A stretch of 63,899 nt of DNA, the filler included, from Octopus bimaculoides (taxonomy: Eukaryota), in assembly GCF_001194135.2 (NCBI RefSeq). It is 10 parts of 8 records of this genome, joined end to end, with 100 filler letters (N's around TTAATTAATTAA, not from the genome) between each part and the next. Parts side by side here need not be neighbours in the genome. Positions count along the whole stretch, not along the records: positions 49,809 to 60,797 come from NC_068983.1; positions 60,898 to 62,439 come from NC_068995.1; positions 62,540 to 63,899 come from NW_026318591.1; 7 more parts are not named here. One strand, 5' to 3'. Position 1 is the first letter of the stretch, and each line of letters starts with the position of its first letter. The notes beneath the pieces were generated by a model that was given only the letters and a program-made list of their open reading frames with translations, did no database searches and was not told the origin of the DNA. The position numbers were made by a program, and so were the translations under genes. Below are positions 60,357-63,899 of this stretch, one piece after another.

Positions 60357-61049
60357 ATATATATGTATGAATATATATATATATCCATATATATATGTAA
60401 GGAACGACCGTGTGTACTAAAAAAAGGAGAAATGGTGACGAATGGAAAAACAGAGGACTCCTTTTATTTAAACGAGTCACACAGTCGAACACAAAATAAT
60501 ATATCTAATGATATATTTGATATGTTATGCGACGATAACATAGATGACCAGTAATGAAAGACCACAACCGTATTAGATGAATAACAGAGATATTTATTGT
60601 AGCGTTAAAGATGTATGTCTGTGTGTGAGTGTGAATGCGACATATAATAACATAATCAAAGACAGGCCGTCGTACAAAGAAAAGTATGTATGTGAGTGAT
60701 ACATGTGTGTGAGTTATTACAGCAGATGGAAAGAGAGTCAATAACACGTGAGCAATTATACCAGTTCGTTAGTACACCATAGGAAAAGTTCTGTATGNNN
60801 NNNNNNNNNNNNNNNNNNNNNNNNNNNNNNNNNNNNNNNNNTTAATTAATTAANNNNNNNNNNNNNNNNNNNNNNNNNNNNNNNNNNNNNNNNNNNNAAT
60901 GTACATACATCCCAAAAATCATACGTAAATGATGAGAAGGTTACAATTTTAATATCAAAGATCCCTATGGATCACACAGGTTGTAATCCTTTGAAACATA
61001 TGTAGTAATAAAGTATGCAATTATAACCTGCGTTTTCTCCATTCCTTAA

Positions 61050-61084
<35 letters not shown>

Positions 61085-62400
61085 TATTCCCACCGAAAAA
61101 TATTCTCTGCGCGTAAACATGGGATATTTTGACGACAATGTAAACATCTTGTAATCAATGTATCGTTTTCCTGAAGAGTAGCTTGCGGTCTACCCCTCGT
61201 TTGGATCGTTACTATTGCCGAGGTTCCTCTAGCTATGAAACATACGTAGCATGGATTTTATTTACTCCATTCCCTAATAGTTGGGATGCTTATCGGCATA
61301 TACAACTACCCCAGTTGCTTATAATATTTTGAAACGATAAAAATTCACAACCTTCTGCGCCAGTAAACCACTGTTTTTCCTGAAAGTCGTTTTTCATATC
61401 TTCTACGGACTGCATAAAGCCCACTAATTTCCTACGCCTTGNNNNNNNNNNCTTTTATAAAAATCATTACAAAATTTTGGAAGACCCTACAGGTTATAAA
61501 ACAACTGATTAATACAACTGAATAGGAATCATCTACTGTTGATTTCCTATCGCTCTACAAGCCTCAATATCGATATTTTTCTTCAAATATAAGTAGCCTA
61601 TGTTCGTGTCTGGGATATGAAGCTGCTGTGTGTAAAATTTTAAAGAAATCGGAAGAAAGATGTTGAAGTTCATTTAATTTGTTTACACACACAAAAATAC
61701 ACATGCACAGAGAAAAATTCAATTTTATAGATACGCACATATGCATACATTCATACACGTAAATATACGTCTGTGTGTGTGTGTATGTGCGCGCGTGCGA
61801 GTGCGAGCGAGGGTGCGGGCGCGTGCGGAGGCGCTTGGCTTCGTTGAGAGCCTCAAAAAGTCATGATCGGTAGATTAGGGTCACCACTTCCCGAAAAGGC
61901 GATGCGATGTTTTCCTAAGGAAAACATTTCATTTCACGTCGCTCCTGTCCATACAACTACCAAAAATTAATAATCCTTCTTCAGACTGACGCATGTCAAT
62001 CGAGTGAATATATTCGCAATACAAACCAGGAAAGCCACCCTTTGAGCCTTTGGATTCGGAAGGAACTTTGACCCTATTGGTATCGCGTGCGCCTGTATGA
62101 ATGTGTGTATGATGGATGTTTAAAGTAAGACGTTTTTCTACAAAACAATCAAAGCAACTTTTGTACTAAAATACGTAATGTAACGCCTACACAAAAGGTT
62201 TACGCAAATAAATTAAGTACTAGCCACTTCGTCGCTGAGTCGTAGCATGATTCTTGTCGAAAAACTAAAGCGAGTGATATAATAAAAGAAAAATATCATC
62301 ATTAATAGTGTAAGTCATAGATACTTTAATCTTGATGAGAGCACATGGCATATTGAAGCTCACAAGCATACACGCACAACATGTGTATCATTTATATCAT

Positions 62401-62439
<39 letters not shown>

Positions 62440-62539
62440 NNNNNNNNNNNNNNNNNNNNNNNNNNNNNNNNNNNNNNNNNNNNTTAATTAATTAANNNNN
62501 NNNNNNNNNNNNNNNNNNNNNNNNNNNNNNNNNNNNNNN

Positions 62540-62575
<36 letters not shown>

Positions 62576-62585
62576 TAATAATAAT

Positions 62586-63329
62586 GTTAAGGATAATACA
62601 GCATCGTGGGCATGGATGGAGCGAGGTGATTTGAAGCGTACGACCGAAAGCCTGATCATTGCTGCACAAGACCAGACTCTCGTGACCAATTCAGTGAAGT
62701 ATAACAACTATAAAACTTCTGACACCCACAAAGGCAGACTCTGTGGAAAGAGTGTGGAAAATGTGACCCACTTGGTAAGTGGATGTGAGAGTCTTGCACA
62801 AAAAGAATACAAGAGCCGCTACGATAAAATGTGTGTGTATCTTCATTGGCTCTTATGCCGTAAATACTAATATGAAGCATGTACCAAGTAAAGTAATGCA
62901 GGAGGATGGAAAAGTAACGATACTCTGGGACTATGATCTTCAGACGGATCGTGTAATCGAACGACCGTCGGTCGGATATTGTCATATTGAGTCATACCAA
63001 ATGACATGAATGTTGTGAATAAAGAGGTTGAAAAAATTCACCAAGTACTCCGAATTGAAAGTGGAAATGACAAGACTGTATGGAATGCGAGAGAGTAATG
63101 TAAAAGTGATACCAGTGGTGATCAGTGCGTTAGGCTCAATCCCATTGAAACTTCAAAACTTCTTAAGGCAACTGGAAATCCCATGCAAGATTGATGTCTT
63201 GCAAAATGCAGCCTTATTGGGCACAGTGCACATCTTAAGGAAAGTATTATCTGTCTGAGGTTCTTGTTGTGACTTAACAGATGACTAAAGAGTCCGGTAC
63301 ATTTTTACCTAAACTGTGTTACAAAGGAG
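62586..63329 (+). mobile_element. 5'-truncated R4/Dong-like non-LTR retrotransposon (zinc knuckle + restriction-like endonuclease)
   Basis: WAWMERGDLKRTTESLIIAAQDQ, (G)RLCGKSVENVTHLVSGC, ILWDYDLQTDRVIE, KFTKYSEL, VIPVVISALG, LLGTVHILRKVL*; (AAT)n on both sides. Confidence 0.85.
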
Positions 63330-63598
<269 letters not shown>

Positions 63599-63849
63599 GA
63601 AGGAAAATGCACACACTTTACATAGGTTTAATATTTTAATGTATTTTAAATGAAAGAGTACTGTGGTTGCTGACCGATTCATTCACTAACTTTTATACAA
63701 GAACATGGACTAAAACTTCTTAAGAAAATATGAAATTACAATTATTTCAATGTCCTGATTAGCGAAAGCGAAACCGGTCGACAAACACAATACTCTTTCA
63801 TTTAAGATATATCGAAACTATGTAAACTGTGTGAATTTTCCTTCTTTAT

Positions 63850-63881
<32 letters not shown>

Positions 63882-63899
63882 ATCATAAATATATAGGGA

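Overview
AT-rich, microsatellite- and SINE-dense animal genomic DNA with many N gaps. The repeat content and the tyrosinase type suggest a coleoid cephalopod, probably Octopus (inference). Main contents: (1) five tRNA-His(GUG) genes at 1.1-5.5 kb in mixed orientation; (2) a probable first coding exon, and possible second exon, of an unrecognised gene at 11.8/14.2 kb; (3) a complete 3-coding-exon secreted tyrosinase-like gene (18022-26306, 337 aa); (4) the SET-domain exon of a SETMAR/set-23-like methyltransferase with no transposase fusion seen (39527-40345; first exon not found); (5) three tRNA-Gly(UCC) genes at 50-55 kb, one probably defective; (6) many transposon remnants (Tx1/L1-like, RTE, R4/Dong-like, Penelope-like, mariner/Tc1, hAT, Helitron, foldback MITEs, several tRNA-derived SINE families). 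The most striking unexplained signal is in the tRNA-His flanks: all five copies keep TTGAAG at exactly -44 and CANNTG at exactly -14, and leader -13..-6 is complementary to the first 8 nt of the 3' trailer, with compensatory base changes between copies.
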